In this document: one piece after another, positions 12,521 through 23,478 of the stretch
Layout of the letters: each line of letters starts with the position of its first letter
How positions within the stretch are numbered: the first letter of the stretch is position 1
DNA from: Lama glama
Lineage: Eukaryota
Assembly (NCBI GenBank): GCA_028534125.1
Contig: CM052817.1
Coordinates: 95,358,001-95,422,000, forward strand
DNA length: 64,000 nt
Direction of reading: 5' to 3'
Notes under the pieces: model-generated
Seen by the model: only the letters and a program-made list of their open reading frames with translations
Told to the model about the DNA's origin: nothing
Database searches by the model: none
Made by a program: the position numbers and the translations under genes

Positions 12521-13789
12521 TTGAAATGAACAAAATTTGAATTTGAGCTCCTTAACAACGAAATGCAAACTTTAGGGAGCTTTATTAAGGCAAAGTGGAG
12601 TATCCCTGAGTTAACTGGAAAAAAAAAAAAGAAAACAAAAAAACCAACCCAATCACCTGTCTCAAGTGGAAAAGTGCAACATTAGCTTTTCTTTTGAAAG
12701 ATGAGATAACACAGGGTATATGCTAATGCAGAGGGGGAAGAATCTTTTAGGAAACCAGGAGAAGGGTGTTCTCTGTGAACCAGTGACCCTTTTCATCCAC
12801 GGCTGTACAAATAAATTGCAGCCTGTGCTAGTGCCTAGACTTTCTAATTTGGAGGTAAAATATTAGCAAGCTAATTTGGTCACAGGCCTATGGCTAAATA
12901 TTCTGATCTACTTTATAGATAATAAAGGTGATGTTTGGAGTTCCTTCTGCCTGAGTTCTGGGTTTGGTTATTACTTGTCTCTATATTCAGGAGACAAAGC
13001 AGGTGTTATTTATCAACCATCCTCTACCCCCCCTCCCCCCGAACAGACAGTGCCTCAAGTGAGACTGATTCAGTTGGATACCCAAGCCTTAGAGATCAAT
13101 CGCTGCTAATCAGTGCTTTTATTTCCAAGTGAGATTTTTTATCACCACTGCTAATCAGATGACATTAGCTAAAGTAAATCACGCAAAGCAAGATTTTTTT
13201 TAAAGAAATATCTTTTGGACAAAGGATTTACTATATTTATACAATGAATTTTAAAGGTCACAAAACAACACTAAAAATTCAGGTCATAAAAGATATTATC
13301 CAAAGAAATAAAAAGTTAAAGGAAAGTTCAGTGCAAAATTTCAAAGGCTTCTCTTTGTCAGCCTTGTCAGTTTATCACGAGAAAAAGAAAAAGAAAAATC
13401 TAAAGATACATCTGGCAACTCAGATTTATATGTGACTTTATTTCTAGCACTCATTTCTAAATACCCTATTTTGGAGGCAAAACCCCTTAGGTGAGGTCAT
13501 GTTTATAAGCCCTTGAGATTTACTTTTCAGTTCCTGGCTCAGCTCCTGAAATCATTTTTTTCTTATTCCCTCCCTCTAAATCAAAGGGAAGGCATTCTTT
13601 GTTCTTAACAGTGCTGGGTTTTTAAGTGCCTGGTTGTGTTCAGAAGAAATCAAAGAAGATCTACCTAGGATTCTCCTCCTTAAGAGTGAAGAACCATTAG
13701 TTCCTCCTTATAATCAGGAGAAGAAAATATTCCACTTTCTTCTTTTTCTAGGAGTAAATTTTGGAAGAAGAAATTATTTTAAAGAATTT

Positions 13790-14043
13790 TTTTTTAATTC
13801 TTATTTTTTATTGAAGTGTGGTCGATTTACAATGTTAGTTTCATGTGTACAGCAAAGCGATTTAGTTATACGTATACATACATACATATTTTTTCAGATT
13901 ATTTTCCATTATAGCTAATGACAATCAATTGAATATAGTTCCCTGTGTTCTACAGTAGATCCTTGTCTTTATTGATTTTGTATATAGTAATGTTTATCTA
14001 TTAATCCCAATCTAATCTCCTAATCTATCCCTCCCCCCCTGCC
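13790..14043 (-). mobile_element. 5'-truncated young L1 3' end
   Basis: TTTTTATTGAAGTGTGGTCGATTTACAATGTTAGTTTC..GAATATAGTTCCCTGTG..TATCCCTCCCCCC. TSD-like AAAGAATTTTT / AAAGAAGTTTTT. Confidence 0.8.
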
Positions 14044-14179
14044 AAAGAAGTTTTTATACTTCAGTAAAGTTACACCTTGTCTTAGAAAGGCTGGTCTGTC
14101 TTCGCAACAGCTTGATATAACAATTGCCTCAAATACAAAACATAACTGCTGTTTCTGCACATATAAGAGTCATACCAAA

Positions 14180-14305
14180 GGGGAGGGGACAGCTCAGCGG
14201 TAGAGTGTGTACTTAACATCAGAAGGTCCTGGGTTCAATCCCCAGTACCTCCATTAAGAAATAAATAAACTAATTACCTACCCCCCCCAAAAATAATTTT
14301 AAAAA
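14180..14305 (+). mobile_element. Vic-1-type SINE
   Basis: GGGGAGGGGACAGCTCAGCGGTAGAG..GGTTCAATCCCCAGTACCTCC..CTAATTACC. TSD-like GAGTCATACCAAA / GAGTCTTACCAGA. Confidence 0.85.
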
Positions 14306-14628
14306 GAGAGTCTTACCAGAACAAAATATTTTTACCTAAAACTTTTTCAAGTTCTGGAACAGAAATTTACAACTGTTTCATGACATCCCTAACTTAATGC
14401 TAAAGAGCAAGTTGTACAATCTCTGGGGAAATTCTAAAACCCAGTATAAATAAATACGCCTCTTTATGGACTAACGAGAGAGGGATAATTAATATACCAG
14501 TACATCAAAAGATTACCTGCCTAAGTGTTCACAAGCCTCAACTATTATGGGCACATATAAGTGATAAATGTAACAAGGAAGATGAAAAGCCTTCTGTGGC
14601 AGGGATTTCTGGTTACCTATGCAATATT

Positions 14629-14814
14629 CAATGGTGTGCTGGTAAGAAGTCTAACAACTGGTTCTCTCTCAAAAAAAACCCTTAGTTTGTTGATGTTTGC
14701 CAATTATTGTGGTGTAAATGTTCCCGCTGTGACCATTTTCAGGCTGCCAAAAAACCTGGAAATGTAACCATAGGCTCTCACAAGCCAGAGTGAGCCATTT
14801 GGAGCACAGCACTG
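14629..14814. mobile_element. MER63-like hAT MITE
   Basis: Imperfect TIRs CAATGGTGTGCT / AGCACAGCACTG; internal GGCTCTCACAAGCCAG. Confidence 0.55.
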
Positions 14815-14899
14815 CAGTCATTGTCTTCTTCATCACAAGCAGACATCCCATTCTGTTGCACTGGCAATTTCCTAAGATTAAAAAAAAAAGAAAGGCGCT

Positions 14900-15280
14900 T
14901 CCCAGTCATTCTTGCAAATAGGAGATGCATAAGACAGTATTTGCTGATGAGAAGTAGGCACATGTCATTGAGACAGTGGTGGCCTGCCGCAGATGGTGGT
15001 GCTAGTGGTGTGTTCCTTAAAGGAGCTTCAGACTCAGTTCACCCCTTTTGTCCTTATCCTTTTCTTTTTTCTGCCTGGAAAGCAGACATGATGACTGGAG
15101 CTGCAGCAGCCATTTTATAATCAACAGTAAGGGAGAGGACAAGGAAATCACAGACACCTTGGTCCTGACTTCTTCGAGTTGCCTCACCACCTCTGGAATT
15201 CCTATTTCTGATCTTTTCTTTACAAGAAATAAAATATACTTTTCTATTGCTTAAGCCATTGTCATTTAGGTTTTGTGTTA
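14900..15280 (+). mobile_element. Old MaLR LTR (MLT1I/J/K-like)
   Basis: CTGCCTGGAAAGCAGACATGATGACTGGAGCTGCAGCAGCCATTTT and 3' AATAAA..TTGCTTAAGCCATTGTCATTTAGGTTTTGTGTTA. Confidence 0.6.
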
Positions 15281-15599
15281 AAGGAGACCAAAGGCAATTT
15301 TCACCTTGGGCAAACTTGCCAATGAATGCAGCCCTAGTGAAGAGAAATTACTACCAGAAACAAAAGTGTTTGCGAATTTTTTTCTGGAACTCATATAGTC
15401 ACTAAAACTTTCAAAAACTGGCCCATCCACTACACACTTTGTTGGAATGAGTCTACCTAAAATACTTGACTTTGGAGGCAGAAATTGTATTCTCAGCATA
15501 GCACTGTGAACATTCAGTGAGAAGAATACTGGCTACCATTACTGAATACATACGAGGTACCAGACACTGTGCACCAGATGCGCTTAGAGGCATCAGCAT

Positions 15600-15800
15600 G
15601 CTGGCTGCGTGACCTTGGGCAAGTCACTTCCCATCTTGGTGCTTCATTCTTATCTGTAAAATGGAGATAACAATAGCTATAGCCTAGGGTTGTTTTGAAG
15701 GATAAAGGAGTTAATAAAAATATAATAATATGTGTGTTTGGTGCTCAAAACAATGCCTGGCAAATAGTAAGCACTAAATACAAGTTGGCTACTAATATCA
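15600..15800 (+). mobile_element. MIR SINE
   Basis: GTGACCTTGGGCAAGTCACTT..CTGTAAAATGGAGATAACAATAG core. Confidence 0.75.
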
Positions 15801-16047
15801 TGCTCATTTTCCCCACAAAACCCGTACAATAGGTACTGATATTACCAGCAGATGAGGGCAACAGCATCAATCTCACAGGGAGGCTGTGAGGACATGATAC
15901 CTCCAAGTGGTTAGCATTGTGCCAGATAAACGCTCAGTAAAATCTGGCTATCATGAGTTTGGTACAGAGCCACACTGGGATGAGGCTCTTGTAGTGAGAT
16001 TTGTGCCAACATATTGGATCAGTGAAGAGAAAAATAAAACTAGCTTT

Positions 16048-16071
16048 TGTGTGTGTGTGTGTGTGTGTGTG
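16048..16071. repeat. (TG)12 microsatellite
   Basis: Direct reading. Confidence 0.95.
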
Positions 16072-18079
16072 AGGGAGAGAAGGCTGGTCATTATTCACCC
16101 ATCTCTATAATGTACTTATGGTGCCTCATGATATGTAATTAATGCGCCAAAGGATGAGCGATATTTGACATGTAATAGATACAAACCAAATATACGGGGC
16201 ACAGCAAGAGGGAAGGAGAAGAGAAGGCCTAGGGATGGGGCTTGGGGATAGAGAAGAGATGACTCTGGCTTAGGTTCAGACCTGGAGTTGGACCTGATTC
16301 TGACATTTACTAGTTTTTTGACCTTGGGCAAATTACTTTTCATTTCCCTCATTTGTTAAAATGACAATTTTGAGCTCCAGAGACTCATCCACCCCAACTC
16401 TAAAAAGTCATTTTGTTTGTTCATTTGTTTAACATCTAGGAGATAGTGTTGGACCTTAAAGAATAGGTGGCATTTTGAAAACTGGAGCTGCTGGGATGCT
16501 ACATCAAGTATGAACGCAGGATATAATATTTCAATGCTTTGAGGGGAGTATCGTTGCAAATTTACCAGCATTTGTGTGAGAGTATGAAGGAGACCAGACA
16601 GGAAATGTGAGTCAGGGTCATACTTTGAGAACTTGGGTATCAGGCCTTGAGGTTTAGAAGTTTACTGGGGGGCACTGCTAAGCCATTGAACTTTTCTGAG
16701 CAAAGGAAGGACATGATCAAGCCACTTCCCTTGGGAGATTATTTCAGCAACGAGAAAGATGTGAGGGTCACCTGAGGCCTGGAGGAGAGTTGGGGGATTA
16801 CTCTAGAGGGCTAGGCACGAGATCAAAGTAACTGGAGGCGTGGGAAAGGAAGGACATGAGAGTTTCGAGAAGGATGTGAGTATCTCATGGAAGGAATGAA
16901 CCCATGGAAAGTTCTCCCATATGATTTCACTGGCAAGTAGACGTAACAGTTCAGCAGTTTAGTGCAGAGCCATTCTTGGCACAAATTAGGGGGCTGAAAA
17001 GTTGTTTGGTGAATTTGGAAACAACAGTTTGAACAGTGTGTAGTAAACTCAGAAAATCAGGAATCAACCTTTGTTAATGACAGTCAATTAATAGGGGTCA
17101 GGTAAGCAAAGAGATTGTTGTTGACTTAGGACAATTTAGGAGTTCGGTAGATTTAATATTCACTGTGAGTTTTTTGGGGGGGATAACAACATTGCAGTTT
17201 TGTGCAGCAGGAAAATGGAGGAAGGAATAGTCCTCAAAGGCCTGTGTCTAGATGCTACAAATACTACCTGACCCCAACTGGAAGTGTGGTCTCAGAGAAT
17301 AATTCTAAGCAAGGATTTTATAGAATGCTCCATAAACTTCAGAAACTGGAAATTCATCTAAAATTCTACTGTCACCATAAGAGTTATCATCAAATTTTCA
17401 CTTAGAACTTTCACAGTGCACAGACTGTTTTGAAACTCTTATAAAAAGGGCTAACAACTTTTTTCCCCCAAATTCCTAGAATGTATAATTAGATTTAAAA
17501 TTCAGATTTGAGAGAAATGACAATCACGAGATAGAATCATTACTGTGAAGCATGCTCTCCTTTACGAAAGACACCAGTTGGCATTTTTACAGCTGTTCTA
17601 TTAGAGATTTCTTCCTTCAGCAAATATCTGAGCGTCTGCGATGATAGATCTGTGCGAACTCTGGGCATGTGGTGGGAAACAAGCGAGGTAGAGTACCCAA
17701 CTTCATGCTACTTAGAAGGCTGATAAGGTCTTCCCACAAATACCAACAGCGTGCCTAAATACACTTACAACTGCAAATAGTTCCAGGTTCTCTGGAGGAA
17801 AGGGTATGATGAGAAAATAAAAGGATTTCAACATCAAAAATTCATAATCACCGCCCCCCTACACACAGAGTTTTCACTGGAGCATCCTTTTTTCTGTCTT
17901 GCTTTCTTTTGCTTTCTGTCTTTTTTCCTTCTAGTTTCATGGAGATATAATTGACATCTAGCACTGTGTAAGTTTCAGTTTTACAGTGTAATGACTCGAC
18001 TTACACACATCATGACCACGACAAGTTTAGTGAACATCTATCATCTCATATAGATACAAGTAGAAGGAACATCCCTTTT

Positions 18080-18350
18080 CATTTTTATTTATTTTTAATA
18101 TTGATTGACTGATGTACAGTCAATTTACAATGTTGTGTTAATTTCTGCTGTATCATTTATACAGATACACATATACATCCCTTTCATATTCTTTTTCATT
18201 ATAGGCCATTATGTGGTATTGAATATGGTTCCCTGGTCTGTACAGAAAGAACTTGTTGCTTATTTTATATACAGTAGTGTATATCTACAAACCCCGAACT
18301 CTCAATTTATCCCTCCCCACCCCCTTTCCCACCTGGTAACCATAAGTTTG
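18080..18350 (-). mobile_element. 5'-truncated young L1 3' end, next to an older L1 3' end at ~17925-18065
   Basis: GTCAATTTACAATGTTGTGTTAATTTCTGCTGTA..AATTTATCCCTCCCCACCCCCTTTCCCACCTGGTAACCATAAGTTTG. Perfect 10-bp TSD ACATCCCTTT (18069-18078, 18353-18362). Confidence 0.85.
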
Positions 18351-18659
18351 GGACATCCCTTTATAATGTGAAGAATACCGCTCCAGTGATCCCTGGTGGG
18401 CTCGTTCCACTGAAATTCTTCAGTGGAACTTGTAAGGAGCTGTTACAGAAATTCGACATCGCATTTATTTTTCTATTGAGTAGAAGTATCTCTTAAAATA
18501 AGTTTTTGGGTGCATATTTCGCATATATAAAATTTGCAGCCAATTTTAAGGGCTGGCCTTACTGTAAATGATTAGTAATTGATTTGGGGGTGGGGCACAA
18601 ACTGGTTAAATAGCTTAATTAATTTGCCTTCAGTTCCTTGATACTTCCTTTTCTCTGGG

Positions 18660-19675
18660 GATCTTGTCCTCCTCCCTAGCTCAGCCCATCCACTGCTAGG
18701 TCTTGGCATTGTCCCAAACCATCCCAGCTCCCTGATTTCAATCTCCAGCATCCCATTCTCAGACTGGTCCCCAGCTTTGGGGAGTGGTCTCCAGTTCCAG
18801 CACTGCTTGGACCCCACTGGGACCTTCGATCTTCTCACCTTTCCATCGTCATCATATTCTTCTGTGTCCTCACCTCCCTCTTTATCACAGTCCTACACAG
18901 ACACTCTCTTGCGTAACTGCTCCACTCTCAGATCCTCTTTCCCTCCATCACACCCAGCTGCAATACCCCAGCTCTGTCCCCTTAGGCTGACTGATGCTAG
19001 AGAGGAATCCATAGCCATGCTGACTGGTCTTGCTTTAAAGTCATGACCATTAACATCAATGGGCACTTTCTAGCGCTGCCTGGCCATCCTACCACATTTC
19101 TGGAGTTCATTTACTCTCAAACTCTCCCAAAAGAGAACTATCTCATATTGGCTTCTCTCTTTCAACCTCTAACATTTCTTCCACCCTCACCATTCTCAGG
19201 AGGTAGGGTCCATGGCTATCTTACCAAGATAAGAGAAGCAGAGAGAAGAGGATGTCCCCATGTTCCCCTCTCCACAGCCACCAGCCCACATGCATCTGGG
19301 TCCACACACTCCACCTTCCCTCCTGGGCTACCTTTTCCCTGGTCAGCGCACTGGCTCCTGGCTCTTCTGTGAAAAAGGGAAGAAGACTCAGCCTCAGGAT
19401 CTTTGCACTTGCTCTCTCCTCTGCTTGGGAGGTTGGAAATCTCCCCCAGATCACCTGGTGCTTTCTCTTCCTTTAAGACTTCTTGTCAGTGAGGTTTTCC
19501 ATACTCCTAGAGAAACAGCAGCCTCCCCTACTCCCAACCCCTCTTACCCTTCGGCTTCCATCCCATATACCACCACGTGACGTCTTCGTGCATTTATTCA
19601 TTATTCGACTTCCTCGATGAGAGCAGGGATTTTATCTGTTTGGTTTGCACCATATCCCCTCTGACTTGGATGCTT
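18660..19675 (+). mobile_element. LINE-2 fragments
   Basis: Pyrimidine-rich L2 body; CAGGATCTTTGCACTTGCTCTCTCCTCTGCTTGGGA; 3' GAGCAGGGATTTTATCTGTTT. Confidence 0.6.
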
Positions 19676-20639
19676 AATTGATTCTTTCACTCATTCATTC
19701 ATTCATTCAACAGGTGCGGGACACTGCTCCAGACCCTGAGAGTACAGCTACGCACAGAACAGACCAAAAAAAACCTGCTGTTTCAGTGAAGGAAGGAATT
19801 AGGTGGGACTTTTTTTTTTTTTCACTTACATATGTTGCTTTTAATTCTTATCTAAAAGTGTCCAGTACTTTCAAAAGAGCTGTGTTCTGAGTTGCCTACA
19901 AAATATTTTAACTATAGATTGGAATGGATCACGACAAATTAGGTTTCATAAACATAACATCCACGCCAAGCAGAGAAAGAGGACATAAAATGTGTGCATT
20001 TGGGTGGGATATGGTGTGTTGGGGGGTGAAATTTTAGATACAGTGGCCAGAGGCGGCCTCATCGAGAGAGGAACATTTGAATAAAGACTGAGGGAGGCCA
20101 GGGAGAAGCCTATGTGGGCGTCTTCAGGAAGGGCTTTCCAGGGAGGAAACAGTAGGTACAAAGGTCCTGAGGTGGGAGTGTGCTCTGGTGGTTCCAGGAC
20201 TTTTCAGGCAACCATGGTGACTTGAGGAAGTGAGCAAGGAAGGGAGTAGGAGACCAGGTCAGAGAGGTAAGGTGGGAAGGAACGTTCACGCAGGGTCTTG
20301 TACACACTGTGAGAATTTTTATTTTGAGTCAGATAGGGAGCCAAGGAAGGATTTTTTGGATACAGTGATATTAATATGCAACTACATTCAAGTTTTCACA
20401 ACCGCCCCAATAATGTCCTTTTATTTGTCTAACTTTCTATTACTATTTAAAGAACTAGCTTGCACAAGGGGCAAAATCAAATTTTATAGAATTCATAGTA
20501 TTAGTAATTATCACTTGGGGCTACTAGGACAGTGCTGAGAAAGGTCATCTATAGGTTAAAAAAATTAACAGTTCTATGTCTTTTTGTAGTTTTTCTCTCC
20601 AATCCATGATCCAATCAAGGATTAGCTGTCATGCCTTGT

Positions 20640-21192
20640 TTTTTTTTATAAACAGCTTTATTGAAATGTAATTCACATGCCATATAATTTGTCCACTTAC
20701 AGTGTACGATTCAATGGGTTCTAGTACACTCACGGAGTTGTGACACTGTCACCACAAACTAATTTTAGAACATTTTTGTTTCCCCCAAAAAGAAACCCCA
20801 TTACCTTCAGCTATCACTGCCCCCAGCCCCCAACCTCCCCATTCTCCCAAACATAGGCAACCACCATTCTACTGTCTCTGTAGGTTTGCCTATTCTGGAT
20901 ATTTTATTTAAAAGCATTTTTTTTTAATTAATTCATTACTTTCTTAATGGAGGTACTGGGGATTGAACCTAGGACCTTGCACATGCTAAGCACTAATTCG
21001 GACACTGAGCTATACCCTCCCTCCTTGATATTTTATATAAATGGAAGTATACAATTGTGGTCTTTTGTGTCTGGCTTCTTTCACTTAGCATAGTGTTTTC
21101 AAATTTCATCCATGTAGCATGGGCCAGTACTTCATTCCTTTTTATGACTGAATAATGTTCCATTGTATGGATATAGCACATTCCGTTTATCA
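20640..21192 (-). mobile_element. L1MB-type 3' end
   Basis: AACAGCTTTATTGAAATGTAATTCACATGCCATA..CTTCTTTCACTTAGCATAGTGTTTTC..CATTGTATGGATATAGCACAT. ORF 20993..21235 (-) contains the L1 ORF2 C-terminal remnant YIHTMEHYSVIKRNEVL. Confidence 0.75.
20914..21024 (-). mobile_element. Vic-1-type SINE nested in the L1MB
   Basis: GGAGGTACTGGGGATTGAACC..CTGAGCTATACCCTCCC. TSD GATATTTTAT (20898-20907, 21027-21036). Confidence 0.85.
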
Positions 21193-22299
21193 TAGAGAGG
21201 GTTTGAGCAGAGGAGTGACCTGATTCCAGTGGCATTTAACAAGGCTCACTCCAGCTGTTGTTCTGAGGAGGTGAGAAGGAATTAACTATGTCAAATGCTG
21301 CTTTTAGGGAAAATAAGATGAGGCCCAAGAGCTGACCTGTAAGTGCTCAAATAATTTAATGAAGACATTAACAGAAATATTCTGATCTATCTATAAACAG
21401 TATTTTATGTATTTGGCGAGACTTTCATTTCCTTTGAATAACTACACATGGAATGCAGAAATAATAAAATAGTTAATAAATAAGAATTTTAAATAGACTG
21501 TAGTCTCGTAAACATACTTGAACAATTGGAGAGGACCATTGATTTAAAAAAAATATTGGTGGTAATGGTTTTTTTGGTACATGGGAAATTAATTCCTCAG
21601 AATAATTATTTGCCTCTAAACATAACTCAACATTATGGTAATTATCCAAGATTTCATGCCAGCTTCCAGAGAGCTGGCCAAGAAAAAAATTAAATCTTAT
21701 AAAAAGATATTTTCAATATCTATGCAGATCAGGTAGATGGGAGCCAGTTTGTCTTCATTTTGAGAGATTGGTGTCACTTAAAAGATTGTAGAAATTGGAT
21801 CAAAAAATTTAGAAGTCTATTGTAGCATTTGTCGTTTGGAGCAACGAGGTTACCTACTGGAATCATTAGCTCCCGAACTGGCATGAAACACACGTATTGA
21901 TTCAGGGTTAGGTAGAAGCACACGCAGTAGTTACTAGGCTTTCCAATTCTGGGTACGTGAAACTTCTGGGGCTTGCAAATTATTGGGCAAGGTAATCGTC
22001 AAATCGTCAAAATCGTCAAACGTTTATAGCGCGGTTCAGTGGGCGCGGTGGACGTGTGGATGAACATTTCAGAAAATAAACACTGAACTCAGAACTTCAC
22101 TTGCAGGTAACGCACCGAGTCCGCTCCCCCGCGACTAAAGGAGGCAGGGGCCGTTGTGTTTTCTCCTTGGAATCAGAGGGCGTGGGGCTGGGGTCGGGGG
22201 AGGCGGCGCCGGCCCCGCGCTCGCGCCGGCGGGGCCGGGAATTTGGAGAGGATCCCTGGTCGCGCGGCAGCGGCGGTGGCGGCGGCGGCGCGCGGGTGC

Positions 22300-22629
22300 G
22301 CGGGTGAGCAAGCGAGCGAGCGAGCAGGCGGGCGGGCGGGCGAGTGCGCCGGGTATTGGCAGCCGAGGAGTGGAGGCTGGGCGGCTCCGACTCCCTGACG
22401 CCAGCGCGACCAGATCAATCCAGGCTCCGGGAGCGAGCGAGCGAGCGAACGAACGGGCGGGCGGGAGGAGGAAGGAGAGGCCGAGCGGCTGAGCCCGGGC
22501 CGAGGCGCGGGGAGGGACCCTGCGAGCGCAGCGCCGCGCAGCGTTCGGCCGGCCGGACCGGGGCCGCACGGGGACCCCGCTCGCCCTGCCAACTCGTGCG
22601 CCCGCGCGGACGGGCGTGCAGCCAACCCG
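22300..22629 (+). other. SMAD1: SMAD1 non-coding exon 1 (5' end approximate)
   Basis: GGGTATTGGCAGCCGAGGAGTGGAGGCTGGG..GACGCCAGCGCGACCAGATCAATCCAGGCTCC resembles the human SMAD1 5'UTR as I recall it. Donor GCCAACCCG|GTAAAA at 22629/22630. Confidence 0.7.
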
Positions 22630-23414
22630 GTAAAACGAAACAGACCCGAACCCAACTTTCCCCTCCGCCGCGTCCCCGCCCTCCCCTCGGCGCCCCGGGC
22701 TTTCCAGTGCCGCCGCCGCCGCCTCAGGCTGGGGCGGGCGGGCCGGGTGGCCGCGATCGTGCGGGACCGTTGGCGAGGGCTGCGGCGGTAAGGGGGTCTT
22801 CCCCGCGTGGGGCGGACCCGGGACCCCACCCCCCCAATGATGGCGCCTCCCGGAGGGTCAGCGGAGCAAACCTGCTACTTCCTTCTCTCCTCGCTCCCGG
22901 CCAGCCGGGCCGGCCTCGGCCAGGGTGTCCCCGCGTCTTTGTTGGGTCTGCGGGCCGGGAAGCCGCGTTCCTCCGCCCGGGCCCTGCCCGCGGCCACCCT
23001 CCCCCTCCGCCAGCCGCCGGCCGCCCGTTTCCCTTTCCCTTCCTGCAGCCGGGCCTGGGCCGTCGGCGCGGCCCGCGGGCCCATTGTGTCCCACGCCAGC
23101 CCGGGCGACCCGTGTGGGAGTCGGGGGGGCGGCCGCGGGCGCTGCCCTTCCCGCGGAGCTGCGCTGCCGCGAGGCGGACGCCCGCTGCCCTGGGTCCCTC
23201 CGCGTCCGGGACGGGTTCCCTCCTCTGCCCCTCACCAGCCTCTTGGGGGTCGAGGTCAAGGAAAGTTCGTACCGAAATTCCCTCTAATTTATTCAAAGGT
23301 TTGGCGGCGGCGGCGGCGCGTAATTTTCTCTCTTTCTTTCTCTCTTCCGCCTACACCCCCTGAGTCTCCCCAAGTGTCCTCTCATTCCTTTCCCTTTCCC
23401 GGATTCGATTGCCT

Positions 23415-23478
23415 CACTGCATGTGTATTTGTGAGTTCGCTGCTGAACAACTGTTCATTTACTCGGCGCCCTGTCTTT
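23415..23478 (+). other. SMAD1: Candidate alternative SMAD1 non-coding first exon
   Basis: CACTGCATGTGTATTTGTGAGTTCGC..GAACAACTGTTC..CCTGTCTTT|GTTAGT resembles the 5' end of an alternative human SMAD1 transcript (from memory, unverified). Confidence 0.5.

Larger units (their letters stand above)
19680..21270 (-). mobile_element. LINE-2 (antisense) interrupted by L1 fragments
   Basis: (TTCA)n L2 tail at ~19685-19710; GGGAGGAAACAGTAGGTACAAAGGTCCTGAGGTGGGAGTG; resumes at ~21195 with AGAGGGTTTGAGCAGAGGAGTGACCTGAT. Confidence 0.65.

Noticed and set aside
23465..23476. GGCGCC near GTCT as an autoregulatory BMP-response element (also GGCGCC-N5-GCCT at ~59604)
   Set aside because: The spacing is 2 nt rather than the canonical 5 nt, and the second site lacks GTCT. 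GGCGCC is common in CpG islands.
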